The translations under genes and the position numbers were made by a program. This document shows, in pieces, positions 9,313 to 17,648 of a stretch of DNA of 64,000 nucleotides. The number at the start of each line of letters is the position of its first letter. The first letter of the stretch is position 1. Source of the DNA: Candidatus Oxydemutatoraceae bacterium. Lineage in GTDB: Bacteria; Pseudomonadota; Gammaproteobacteria; Poriferisulfidales; Oxydemutatoraceae. Location: NCBI GenBank assembly GCA_965219575.1, contig OZ244779.1, positions 1,452,769 through 1,516,768 of the forward strand, in the 5' to 3' direction. The notes under the pieces are model-generated. The model searched no databases. It was not told the origin of the DNA and saw only the letters and a program-made list of their open reading frames with translations.

Positions 9313-9437
9313 AATTGCAGTATATCAAATATTTATGAATGTATGATTTTTCAATAACCCTATATTATAATATCCACATTTTGCCAAACCTATTAAAAGA
9401 ATTCTCGGATAGGAAACCGAATAAGAGAGGAATCATT

Positions 9438-10853
9438 ATGAAAAAGAAATATATTACAAAAAAAGAATACAAAGCGATCGAAATTCAAAGCCAAATCGGC
9501 ATCGACAAAATAGAACAAAAAGACTACGACGGTGCAATTATAGCCTTTGATAAAGTAATCGAGTTAGAACCGGATAATGTTTTTGCCTACAATATCAGAG
9601 GAATCGCTAAATTAGAATCGGGTGATTATGCAGGCGCAATTGCCGATTACGACCATACACTTAAGTTAGAACCGAATAATGCGTCCGCTCACGGTGCCAA
9701 AGGAATTGCTAAGATGAGATCGGGTGATTATGCAGGTGCGCTTGCCGATCTTGATTGCGTACTTGAGTTAGAACCGAATAATAAGAACGTTCGTGAAACT
9801 AGGGAAATTGTTAAAGCACTTTTGGATAACTCCGAGGAGGCGATTGCCGATTTTGACCGTGCGCTTGAGTTAGATTCGAATAATCAAGCGGCTTTTAGTG
9901 CCAGAGGAATTGCTAAAATAGCATCGGGCGACCTTGCAGGTGCTGTTAGCGATTTTGATCGCACACTTGAGTTAGAACCGAATAATAGTGCTATCTACAA
10001 TGCCAGAGGACTTGCTAAGCATGACTTAGGCGATTATGCCGGTGCGATCGCCGATTTTGACCGTGCGCTTGAGTTAGATCCGAATAATTCCATCGCCTAC
10101 AGTGTTAGAGGAGCTGCTAAAGCTAATTTGCAACATTACGAGGAAGCGATTGCCGATTACGATCGCGCGCTCGAGTTAGATCCGAATAATCTCACTGCCT
10201 ACAGTGAGAGAGGAAATGCTAAGATTTACTTAGGCGACTATGCAGGTACGATTGCCGATTACGATCGCGCGCTTGAATTAGGGCTGGATCATCCGGCTGC
10301 CTACAATAGCCTTGGAATTGCTAAGAGGGAATTAGGTGATTACGCGGGCGCGATTGCCGATTACGATCGCGCGATCGAGATGGATCCGGATAGAGCGGAT
10401 AGCTATTATAACCGGGGTAATGCTAAAGCCGATTTGGAAAACTATAAGGAGGCGATTGCCGATTACGACCGCGTGCTTGAGTTGGTGCCGAGTGATGTGG
10501 ATGCTTATTATCATCGAGGAATTGCTAAGGATAAATCAGGCGATTATGCAGGTGCGATTGCCGATTGCAACCGTGCACTTGAGTTGGCACCGGATAATGT
10601 GGATATTTATTTTTACCGAGGTGCCGTGAAGGATAAATTAGGCGATCATATAGGTGCGATTGCCGACTACGATCGCGTACTTGAGATTGACCCGGATGCT
10701 GCGCGTGCTTACAATAACCGAGGATATGCCAAGGCAAACTTAGGGGACAACGAGGGGGCGATGGACGACTACAACCGTGCAATCGAATTAGAGCCGAGTC
10801 ATCATTTCGCGATTGCAAATCGAGAATTACTTAAAGCAAAACTGGGTCGTTGA
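9438..10853 (+). CDS. Tetratricopeptide repeat protein (about 13 TPRs)
   Basis: 34-aa repeats with core GDYAGAIADYDRALELDP. The start is placed at ATG 9438 after GAGAGG and by alignment with its paralogue. Confidence 0.9.
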   Translation: MKKKYITKKEYKAIEIQSQIGIDKIEQKDYDGAIIAFDKVIELEPDNVFAYNIRGIAKLESGDYAGAIADYDHTLKLEPNNASAHGAKGIAKMRSGDYAGALADLDCVLELEPNNKNVRETREIVKALLDNSEEAIADFDRALELDSNNQAAFSARGIAKIASGDLAGAVSDFDRTLELEPNNSAIYNARGLAKHDLGDYAGAIADFDRALELDPNNSIAYSVRGAAKANLQHYEEAIADYDRALELDPNNLTAYSERGNAKIYLGDYAGTIADYDRALELGLDHPAAYNSLGIAKRELGDYAGAIADYDRAIEMDPDRADSYYNRGNAKADLENYKEAIADYDRVLELVPSDVDAYYHRGIAKDKSGDYAGAIADCNRALELAPDNVDIYFYRGAVKDKLGDHIGAIADYDRVLEIDPDAARAYNNRGYAKANLGDNEGAMDDYNRAIELEPSHHFAIANRELLKAKLGR

Positions 10854-10896
10854 AAAAAACTTCTCAGGCAGTAAACCAAATAAGAGAGAAATCATT

Positions 10897-11604
10897 ATGA
10901 AAAGCAAAGATATGACAAAAAAAGAACACGAAGAACTCAAGACTCAAAGCAAAATTGCGCTTGCCAAGTTAAGCCAAAAAGACTACGAAGGCGCAATTAT
11001 AGCCTTTGACAGAGTAATCGAGTTAGACCCGAACAATCCTTATGCCTATGGTGTCAGAGCAATCGCGAAAAAAGAATTAAAAGATTATGCGGGTGTGATT
11101 ACCGATTGCAATCGAGCACTCGAGTTAGAACCTAACGATGCGAGTATCTACAATAATCGAGCAATTGCTAAGAGTGAATCAGAGGATTATGCAGGTGCGA
11201 TTGCCGATTATGACCGCGCACTTGAATTAGAACCTAGCAATGCAGATGTTTATAATAATCGAGGAAATGCTAAGACTGAATCGGGCGATTATGCCGGTGC
11301 GATTGCCGATTACGGCCGCGCACTTGAGATTTCACCGAATGATAATGATGCGGATGTCTATTATAATCGAGGAAATGCTAAAGCTGAATCAGGTGATTAT
11401 GCCGGTGCGATTGCCGATTTCAACCTTGGCCTTGAGATCAATCCGAACGATGTATATGGCTATTTCAGTCGAGGAAATGCCAAGAAAAACTTAGAGGATA
11501 ACGAGGGGGCGATTGCCGATTATGATCGCGCACTTGAATTAGACCCGAATAATGCCATTGTGCGTAACAAACGAAGTTTAGTCAAAGAACAATTAGGTCA
11601 TTAA
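10897..11604 (+). CDS. Tetratricopeptide repeat protein (about 6 TPRs), tandem paralogue
   Basis: Same repeat consensus, N-cap and upstream leader as 9438-10853. Confidence 0.9.
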   Translation: MKSKDMTKKEHEELKTQSKIALAKLSQKDYEGAIIAFDRVIELDPNNPYAYGVRAIAKKELKDYAGVITDCNRALELEPNDASIYNNRAIAKSESEDYAGAIADYDRALELEPSNADVYNNRGNAKTESGDYAGAIADYGRALEISPNDNDADVYYNRGNAKAESGDYAGAIADFNLGLEINPNDVYGYFSRGNAKKNLEDNEGAIADYDRALELDPNNAIVRNKRSLVKEQLGH

Positions 11605-11614
11605 GATAAAACCA

Positions 11615-11803
11615 CCAATTGAGCCGGTAGGTCAATCGGCTTAACTTGTGCAGAACCTTGAGGCTGTTGAAAAAGTATTTCATACAATGTAGGGGCGGAC
11701 TGGCATGTCCGCCCATAACGCGTTATGCCTGCACGATTTATACATTCATTCACCCAATTTATGGAAACCAAAACCGAATGGCGCAAGCGGTTACGGTTAT
11801 GCG
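11615..11803. repeat. Composite repeat copy C (hairpin family III, TGTGCAGA motif, left terminus, GTAG-REP, core)
   Basis: CCAATTGAGCCGGTAGGTCAATCGGC at 11615-11640, GAGGCTGTTGAAAAAGT at 11660, GTAG-REP at 11689-11714, then the core and GGCGCAAGCGGTT. Confidence 0.75.
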
Positions 11804-11805
11804 GT

Positions 11806-13809
11806 TCAATAGATATAGCGAGCGATGCGAAAGCCTATGCTATCGGATTTGCCGACCGCTCGCCGGCGATAGGCGGAGCGTAGTTCCGACAAAGTGCCGG
11901 AACGCCAGCTGGAACCCTTGACGACATGACCGCTTTGGCTGGTATTGTTTGTCGGACCCAGGGGGTTGCGCAGCGGTTCCGAGGGCATCTCTACTGAATA
12001 GACATCGTGAACCCATTCACTGAGGTTGCCGACTAGGTCGTATAGACCGGCACGATCGCGATTGAAAGAACCGACAGGTGCCAGTTTCGGATAGCCGTCG
12101 TTATAATTCGGAATATACGATGTAACATTATTTTTAGCACTTTCATCGGCGAGGTTGCCGACATTTTTAGGAAGTGTTGTTTTATTACCCCAGATAAACA
12201 GAGTTGAGGCACTGCGGTTCGCGTAGCGTGCGAGCCATTCCCACTCCGCCTCACTAGGCAAACGATAGCCGATACCATTCGGATTATAGCCTCTAACGAT
12301 ATTGTTATCGGTGATATAAAACGGAGGTAGACCCTCTTGTGCGCTCAAGTCGTTGCAAAAAAGTGCCGCCTCGCCCCAAGAGATATTATTCACCGCAAGT
12401 TCCGACGGTGAAATTTGCCGATTGAAAGTATGGTATTGTTTAGCGGATATTTCGCTACGGCTGATATAAAAAGGTTTATCAAGGCTTACGCTACGCAAAA
12501 CCTCGTTGGCACGCTGACCTTTCTCGCTACGGTGTGCGCCCAATTCAAAGGTGCTCGCTTTATCGGGCCTGAACAAGATCAGTTCCAGCCCTATAGAATT
12601 TTTGGCAACGGTAGGGCTTTCGGCTAAGGTCGCTTGTCGGTCGGTGCGCAATGTTTCGTTAATTCGGATCGGGTTGCGGCTACTCGGGCGAATGACTTTT
12701 TGAATTGTGCGATACCCGGGTCTGGAGAGACGCACCGTATGAGGTAATGCTCTTAGCATAAGAGTTTGAGGTGTTTTCCCTATTGCTTCGTTGTCTATTA
12801 TGATGTCTGATTGCGGGTTTGCATCGATAATCACTTCACCGAATTCCGCTTGTAGTGATATGGAAATATCCTGTTGTTGCGCCGGCCTAAAGGTGCGCTT
12901 AATCGTTTTTGCCGAGTAGCCGGGTTTGGTGTAGTCGATGACGGTTTCACGCATCGCTTCGAGATCCAGCGGCATCGTGTTTGTAGGTGTTAGTTTGCCG
13001 TTGATCAGCAACTGCCCACCGGGTGGTTCGAGTGTGAGTGTGAGCAGGGCTTTTTTATAAATCAGTCTATAGTTTCTATCGGCAACCGGCTGTGCATAAG
13101 TAATCTCAATGGTATCGTCGATGCTTTCAAAGTCGGGGGTTTCTATGCGCAGGCGATAGCTACCGCCGGGTCGGTTTAACGAGAGCGGGGTTTGTCCTGC
13201 AGATATATCGTTCAACAAAATCGATACACCTTCGGGTTCGGAGGTTATATCGAGTGAACCTTGCACAGGTTCTAAAACAAATTCCAGTGTTTGTTCGTCG
13301 CCGCGCATCAAATCAACCGAGACTTGTTGTGGTTGATAGTAGGGATGCACGACTTCCACGGTATGCGTGCCGGGTTCTATGGGCACCTGTAGTTCGGGTC
13401 CCGATGCAATATATTCCGAGTCAATTCGCCATTGTATATCGGGATCGGCAGGGGTTGCGGTCGCTTTGATCAAAGCCGGTGCTTCTTTGAGTTCAATAAT
13501 AATACGCCGAGCCAGTGTGCTACGCTCCAGGCGGATCGTTTCGGCAATAAAACCCGATGCCGAAACTTTCAAGTCTGCCTCGGGTGATAGCAAATAGACT
13601 TTATCTTGTTGAACCCAACCCAACCCGTCCAATACACGCTCGGCATTGATCGCCGCCACTTCGGGCATTACTTCGACGACAACCGCTTTGACCCAAAAGA
13701 TAAATACGAAAAGGGCGACGATTGCGATGATTGCCACGCTGCCGGTTGCAATAATCTTTTGCCAAAAAGATCTTCTTTGTCTGCGGAAATGCGCCTCAGA
13801 TAGTTTCAT
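11806..13809 (-). CDS. N-terminal TM, multiple PEGA domains and a C-terminal SUMF1/FGE-sulfatase-fold domain
   Basis: PEGA-like GSLDITSEPEGVSI..GQTPL and GEVIIDANPQSD..GKTP. SUMF1 motifs YRLPSEAEWEW, GLYDLVGNLSEWV and IGFRIAR. Confidence 0.88.
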   Translation of the reverse strand: MKLSEAHFRRQRRSFWQKIIATGSVAIIAIVALFVFIFWVKAVVVEVMPEVAAINAERVLDGLGWVQQDKVYLLSPEADLKVSASGFIAETIRLERSTLARRIIIELKEAPALIKATATPADPDIQWRIDSEYIASGPELQVPIEPGTHTVEVVHPYYQPQQVSVDLMRGDEQTLEFVLEPVQGSLDITSEPEGVSILLNDISAGQTPLSLNRPGGSYRLRIETPDFESIDDTIEITYAQPVADRNYRLIYKKALLTLTLEPPGGQLLINGKLTPTNTMPLDLEAMRETVIDYTKPGYSAKTIKRTFRPAQQQDISISLQAEFGEVIIDANPQSDIIIDNEAIGKTPQTLMLRALPHTVRLSRPGYRTIQKVIRPSSRNPIRINETLRTDRQATLAESPTVAKNSIGLELILFRPDKASTFELGAHRSEKGQRANEVLRSVSLDKPFYISRSEISAKQYHTFNRQISPSELAVNNISWGEAALFCNDLSAQEGLPPFYITDNNIVRGYNPNGIGYRLPSEAEWEWLARYANRSASTLFIWGNKTTLPKNVGNLADESAKNNVTSYIPNYNDGYPKLAPVGSFNRDRAGLYDLVGNLSEWVHDVYSVEMPSEPLRNPLGPTNNTSQSGHVVKGSSWRSGTLSELRSAYRRRAVGKSDSIGFRIARYIY

Positions 13810-15295
13810 TGCAGATAACTTTGACGGTTGCCGGCTGATTCGGTTTTATCTCTATTTCAACGAGTTTGTCTTGATAACCTCTGCGCTCTCCTTTGAATCG
13901 GTAGCGTCCCGGTTTTAGGCCTTCTTTTAACCTATATTCGCGTACTTTGCCGATGACACCGATTCCGAGTACCGACACATAGGTTTTTTCATCGGAATAA
14001 ACCGTAACCGCAACCGGTTTAGACATTTCTACTATCGCATCGTTTAGCCGCATAATAAGCTGTTGCAGTTGTGCGCTGTATTCGGCGGATAGAGTACTGT
14101 CTTCGGCTATCTGTTTCATCGCTGTTGCAATTTGCTCGTCGGCCAAGCGTTCGGGTTTTGCCAGTGCTTGTTTGATTATCCCGGTGTACCGATTAATCTG
14201 CACGGCGCGTTGTAAGTTGTCTTCGGTATCTTTATTATTCGGATATATTCCGAGTGCTTGTCGGTAATAGTTTTCGGCAGATTGCCAATCGTCTCTATCT
14301 GCCGATGTATTCGCTTTTGCAATTAGGCTTCGGTAGGATAGTTCGGTTTGTATCTGTTTAAGTTTAGCGGTGAGCAAGCCTAAGGACGGGTGATTGGCAT
14401 CTATTTGCTTGATTTGCATAAGCGATGCTTGGGCTGTTTTGACATTTTTATTGTCCAGTGCTTGCGATGTTTGTTGTAGCAAGGAGTCGAGTTTTTGTTG
14501 GCGTTGTTTTGCTATCAGTATTTCGCGTCTTTCTATCAGGGCACCACGATCGGGGTCCAATTCGATCGCTTGTTCGAGTAAATTAATCTCTTCGTTTATA
14601 TTGTTTTCAATACGCGCAATATCGGCTTGCTCGATGAGTGCGGAAACCGCTTCCATTGCGCCGATACGTTCTTTTAATAGTAATGCTTCCGCGGCCTCGG
14701 GGAAATAGCGTAGTGCATCATCGATTGCCGCTTGCGCTTGCGCCGGTTGATTTGCTTCGAATGCCTGCTCGGCATTACTAAAAGCCGATTGAAAATTCCG
14801 ACTTTGAAGTGATCGTAATTCGCTTACCTTTCCAAATAGATCATCCAGACGGTTTAAGGCTTGACCGTATCGTGTTTCGGCAAATGCCCTGATTGCCTCT
14901 TGTTCTTTTGCTTGTAATTCCGGTATGCTCTCGGGGGACCATGCAGAAAGATTGAGTGTGCCGATTTCAGGTTTGATTTCATTCTCATAGCGGTTCATTT
15001 GTACGATATATTTTTGTCGTAGTGCCTCGCTTTGTTCTTCGTTCGGCGACTCACCGATAGTATCATCGGTAATTTTCTCCTCTTCTTCGGGTATGTAGAT
15101 CGGTTCGATGTCCGGCGACTCACCGATAGTGTCATCGGTAATTTTCTCTTCTTCTTCGGGTGTATAGATCGGTTCGATACGCCCGTACACCAAAACTAAA
15201 ATGGCAATGACAAGTAATATCGCACCGCCGATAAGGTTGACGATTAAGGAATATCTTTGGGTTCTTTTTCCGCTTTTGAGTTGATGATTATCCAA
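13796..15295 (-). CDS. N-terminal TM, TPR-like helical region and C-terminal PEGA-like domain
   Basis: TM LIGGAILLVIAILVLVYG, TPR-like LEQAIELDP and YRQALGIYP, and C-terminal LKPGRYRFKGERRGYQDK. TTG start; overlaps the next gene. Confidence 0.8.
   Translation of the reverse strand: MDNHQLKSGKRTQRYSLIVNLIGGAILLVIAILVLVYGRIEPIYTPEEEEKITDDTIGESPDIEPIYIPEEEEKITDDTIGESPNEEQSEALRQKYIVQMNRYENEIKPEIGTLNLSAWSPESIPELQAKEQEAIRAFAETRYGQALNRLDDLFGKVSELRSLQSRNFQSAFSNAEQAFEANQPAQAQAAIDDALRYFPEAAEALLLKERIGAMEAVSALIEQADIARIENNINEEINLLEQAIELDPDRGALIERREILIAKQRQQKLDSLLQQTSQALDNKNVKTAQASLMQIKQIDANHPSLGLLTAKLKQIQTELSYRSLIAKANTSADRDDWQSAENYYRQALGIYPNNKDTEDNLQRAVQINRYTGIIKQALAKPERLADEQIATAMKQIAEDSTLSAEYSAQLQQLIMRLNDAIVEMSKPVAVTVYSDEKTYVSVLGIGVIGKVREYRLKEGLKPGRYRFKGERRGYQDKLVEIEIKPNQPATVKVICNETI
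15044..15178. repeat. In-frame 69-bp tandem duplication (IEPIYxPEEEEKITDDTIGESP twice)
   Basis: Period-69 match between 15044 and 15113 with few mismatches. Confidence 0.9.
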
Positions 15296-15326
15296 AGGCT
15301 CAAAATCGTTCTACGAGTCGGTATCC

Positions 15327-16592
15327 TCAGAGTTGTATGTCGGGAGTTTGTTCCTCGGCGTATATTCGCCTCAATGCGGCGCGCCACTGATTGAATTGCG
15401 CAGTTGCATCCCCGGTGAGTTCTATGGTTTTCTCTTCGAATTCGATGACTTGAGGAGCGACTTCTACATCTATCGATTTTCCCAACTCCGTCAAGGTTTC
15501 ATAATGAAATTTCGATTCTTTAAAGTTTTGTGCGCTACTCGACAGCAACACGGCACCGGTGGTGAGTGCGCCGACCGTGGCAACCGTTCCGGCAGTGTTA
15601 TTATTGTTGGATGCGGCAACTGCGCCTAAACCGATGGCAAGGATGCCCGCCAAAGCCTGCCATGTTGCCTTGCTTTTAGCCTCACGGTTCGCTTTCGACG
15701 CCGAAAAAGCGGCCTCTTGCCAGGTTTTATAAGACGCTTCTACCTTTTGGTTGAAATCGTAATAGTATTGCTGCATCTTATCGATAAAGAGTTGGTCTTC
15801 CACTCTATATTGATAAATACGCTTAAACATCGGGTCGTTGTCGGCAGGTGCTTGCACCAGTTCTACGCGGCTACCTCTGAATTTTAGAAATTGCTCGAAA
15901 CTCTCGTCGGACATTGAATAGGCAAAGCGCACTTCGGTTAGCCGATTGAGTTCTTCTAAATAGCTTCGGTCTTTGGTGCGCAGCTGTTTGACTATATCGG
16001 CTGCCGCTTGTTCGAATACCGGATCGTAAGGATTTTTACCCTGATTACGCACACTGGTGTAAAAATACTCGTCCACTCGATGTTTGTAGTTTTTGTTGAG
16101 CCAGCTTCTGCCGTCTATACCGATGACCTTGATGTTGATTGCAATATCCTCACCGCTTGATTTGTTGATTGTGCCGATTACATATAGGTCTCCGCTAACC
16201 TTTTGATCGGGCGTAACCCGAACCGCCCCGAGTTGTTCGGTATCCTCCAGAGCCTTTTTCATCTTCAGAGCAAAGTCTATAGCTTCTATTCGACGTAGTT
16301 CCGGCCAAATCCCTTTTTTCTCCCAAGTATCGGAATCTTCCGGTATATTCGGATTAAAAACCGGGACGATGACTTCCAGTTCTCTTTGTATTTCACGCAC
16401 CAATAGCGATTGTTTTTCCGATGCGGTCATTATTTCCGTGGAGCTTTCGGGTCCCACTATATTTGCAGAGTTTCCCGATAGTGATGACCCCGTAGTCGCA
16501 TAACATCCACTTAGTATGAGTGTTGCACTCAGTAATAGATAAAATACCACCGGCGAGGTGGTATGGCTATTTTTGTTGTTGCGATAACACAT
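15327..16592 (-). CDS. Hypothetical lipoprotein
   Basis: Hydrophobic signal ending in lipobox LSGC, AGGAG upstream, and a Gly/Ala-rich hydrophobic hairpin near the C-terminus. Confidence 0.8.
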   Translation of the reverse strand: MCYRNNKNSHTTSPVVFYLLLSATLILSGCYATTGSSLSGNSANIVGPESSTEIMTASEKQSLLVREIQRELEVIVPVFNPNIPEDSDTWEKKGIWPELRRIEAIDFALKMKKALEDTEQLGAVRVTPDQKVSGDLYVIGTINKSSGEDIAINIKVIGIDGRSWLNKNYKHRVDEYFYTSVRNQGKNPYDPVFEQAAADIVKQLRTKDRSYLEELNRLTEVRFAYSMSDESFEQFLKFRGSRVELVQAPADNDPMFKRIYQYRVEDQLFIDKMQQYYYDFNQKVEASYKTWQEAAFSASKANREAKSKATWQALAGILAIGLGAVAASNNNNTAGTVATVGALTTGAVLLSSSAQNFKESKFHYETLTELGKSIDVEVAPQVIEFEEKTIELTGDATAQFNQWRAALRRIYAEEQTPDIQL

Positions 16593-16612
16593 TTTGGGTC
16601 TCCTATTTAAGT

Positions 16613-17371
16613 CTATTTTGTCGGAATACCTTTATAGCGTCGGTATTCGTTCCATAGTTTTTCCTGTTTTTGAGGGTCGGGTTCTGCAAGCGCAGCTTCT
16701 CTAATCTGTTTAGCAATTATATCATCATTGTCTGCCGGCGGTATGTCTTCGGGTAATTTACCGTTGTTTAGTGCCCTTTTGTCATTCGTGCCGGTGAACG
16801 GAGGAGGGTCTTCGGATGAATCGCTTATCGCACCTTCGCTATCGGTTTGTCGAGTTGTCGGTGGTTCGGTACCCGATAATTCGCCGCTCGGTGTCGCAAT
16901 TTCCGGTGTTCGTGTAGTGGTTTGTTCGTCGAAATCGTCGGAGACTTCGCTGCCGGAAAGCTCACTGCTCGGTGTTGCGGTTTGTTGGTTTTGCGAGTCG
17001 CCTTGCTCGGATTCGGCATTGTCCGCTTGTTCTGCATTGCTATCGGCACCTGCATTTGCATCGTCGGAACTATTAGCATTGCCGGCATTACCACTATCTT
17101 GCTTTTGCACATCGCTGATCGTTTGCTTACAATCTTGCACCTGAGCGAGTGCATCCTTTAGAGCTTGATCCATCAGTTGTATGCGCTCTTCTCTGGTAAG
17201 AAGCATCATATTATCGAAGTCAGGCATCACGATAGGACAATCGCCTTCGTCTGCGGCATCGTTTGCATAGAGCGCGGTCATACATAAAGCCAGCACCCCG
17301 GCAAGACATGCTCTGATAATTTTATTCCCCACTTGTGGATTTGTGCCGGCATGTTGCGTTCGGGCGGTCAT
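16613..17371 (-). CDS. Hypothetical secreted protein with a long acidic low-complexity linker and a compact C-terminal helical domain
   Basis: Signal-like KIIRACLAGVLALCMTALYA and C-terminal DDIIAKQIREAALAEPDP..LWNEYRRYKG. The upstream 109 codons in the ORF track are translated repeat DNA. Confidence 0.75.
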   Translation of the reverse strand: MTARTQHAGTNPQVGNKIIRACLAGVLALCMTALYANDAADEGDCPIVMPDFDNMMLLTREERIQLMDQALKDALAQVQDCKQTISDVQKQDSGNAGNANSSDDANAGADSNAEQADNAESEQGDSQNQQTATPSSELSGSEVSDDFDEQTTTRTPEIATPSGELSGTEPPTTRQTDSEGAISDSSEDPPPFTGTNDKRALNNGKLPEDIPPADNDDIIAKQIREAALAEPDPQKQEKLWNEYRRYKGIPTK

Positions 17372-17374
17372 GTA

Positions 17375-17645
17375 GGGCTGTTGAAAAAGTGCGAACATCG
17401 CACAAATCCAACCGCTTTGCGCCGCATAATTATCCAACCCACCTGTAGGGGTGGGCGGACATGTTAGTCCGCCCCTACTATATCTGCCCTTAAGTGCCGT
17501 TCTGCACAGCCGTAACCGCTTGCGGCGTATGGTTTTGGTTTCCATAAATCGGGTGAATGAATGTATAAATCGTGCCGGCCAACGCGTTACGGGCGGACAT
17601 GCAAGTCCGCCCCTACATTGTATGAAATACTTTTTCAACAGCCCC
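17375..17645. mobile_element. MITE-like composite element, copy D
   Basis: Termini GGGCTGTTGAAAAAGT (17375) and ACTTTTTCAACAGCCC (to 17644). GTAG-REPs at 17453-17478 and 17591-17616 (both -). The core is reversed. Confidence 0.8.
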
Positions 17646-17648
17646 ATG

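Noticed and set aside
9339-9437. Longer starts from the ORF track for TPR1, TPR2 (10813), kdsA (23084), pgpA (27829) and leuS (50536)
   Set aside because: Downstream ATGs fit SDs, stop-start coupling or paralogue alignment better.
11806-11940. Diversity-generating retroelement target (the SUMF1/C-lectin C-terminus resembles a variable region)
   Set aside because: No reverse transcriptase and no adenine-mismatched template repeat seen in the window. A remote DGR cannot be excluded.
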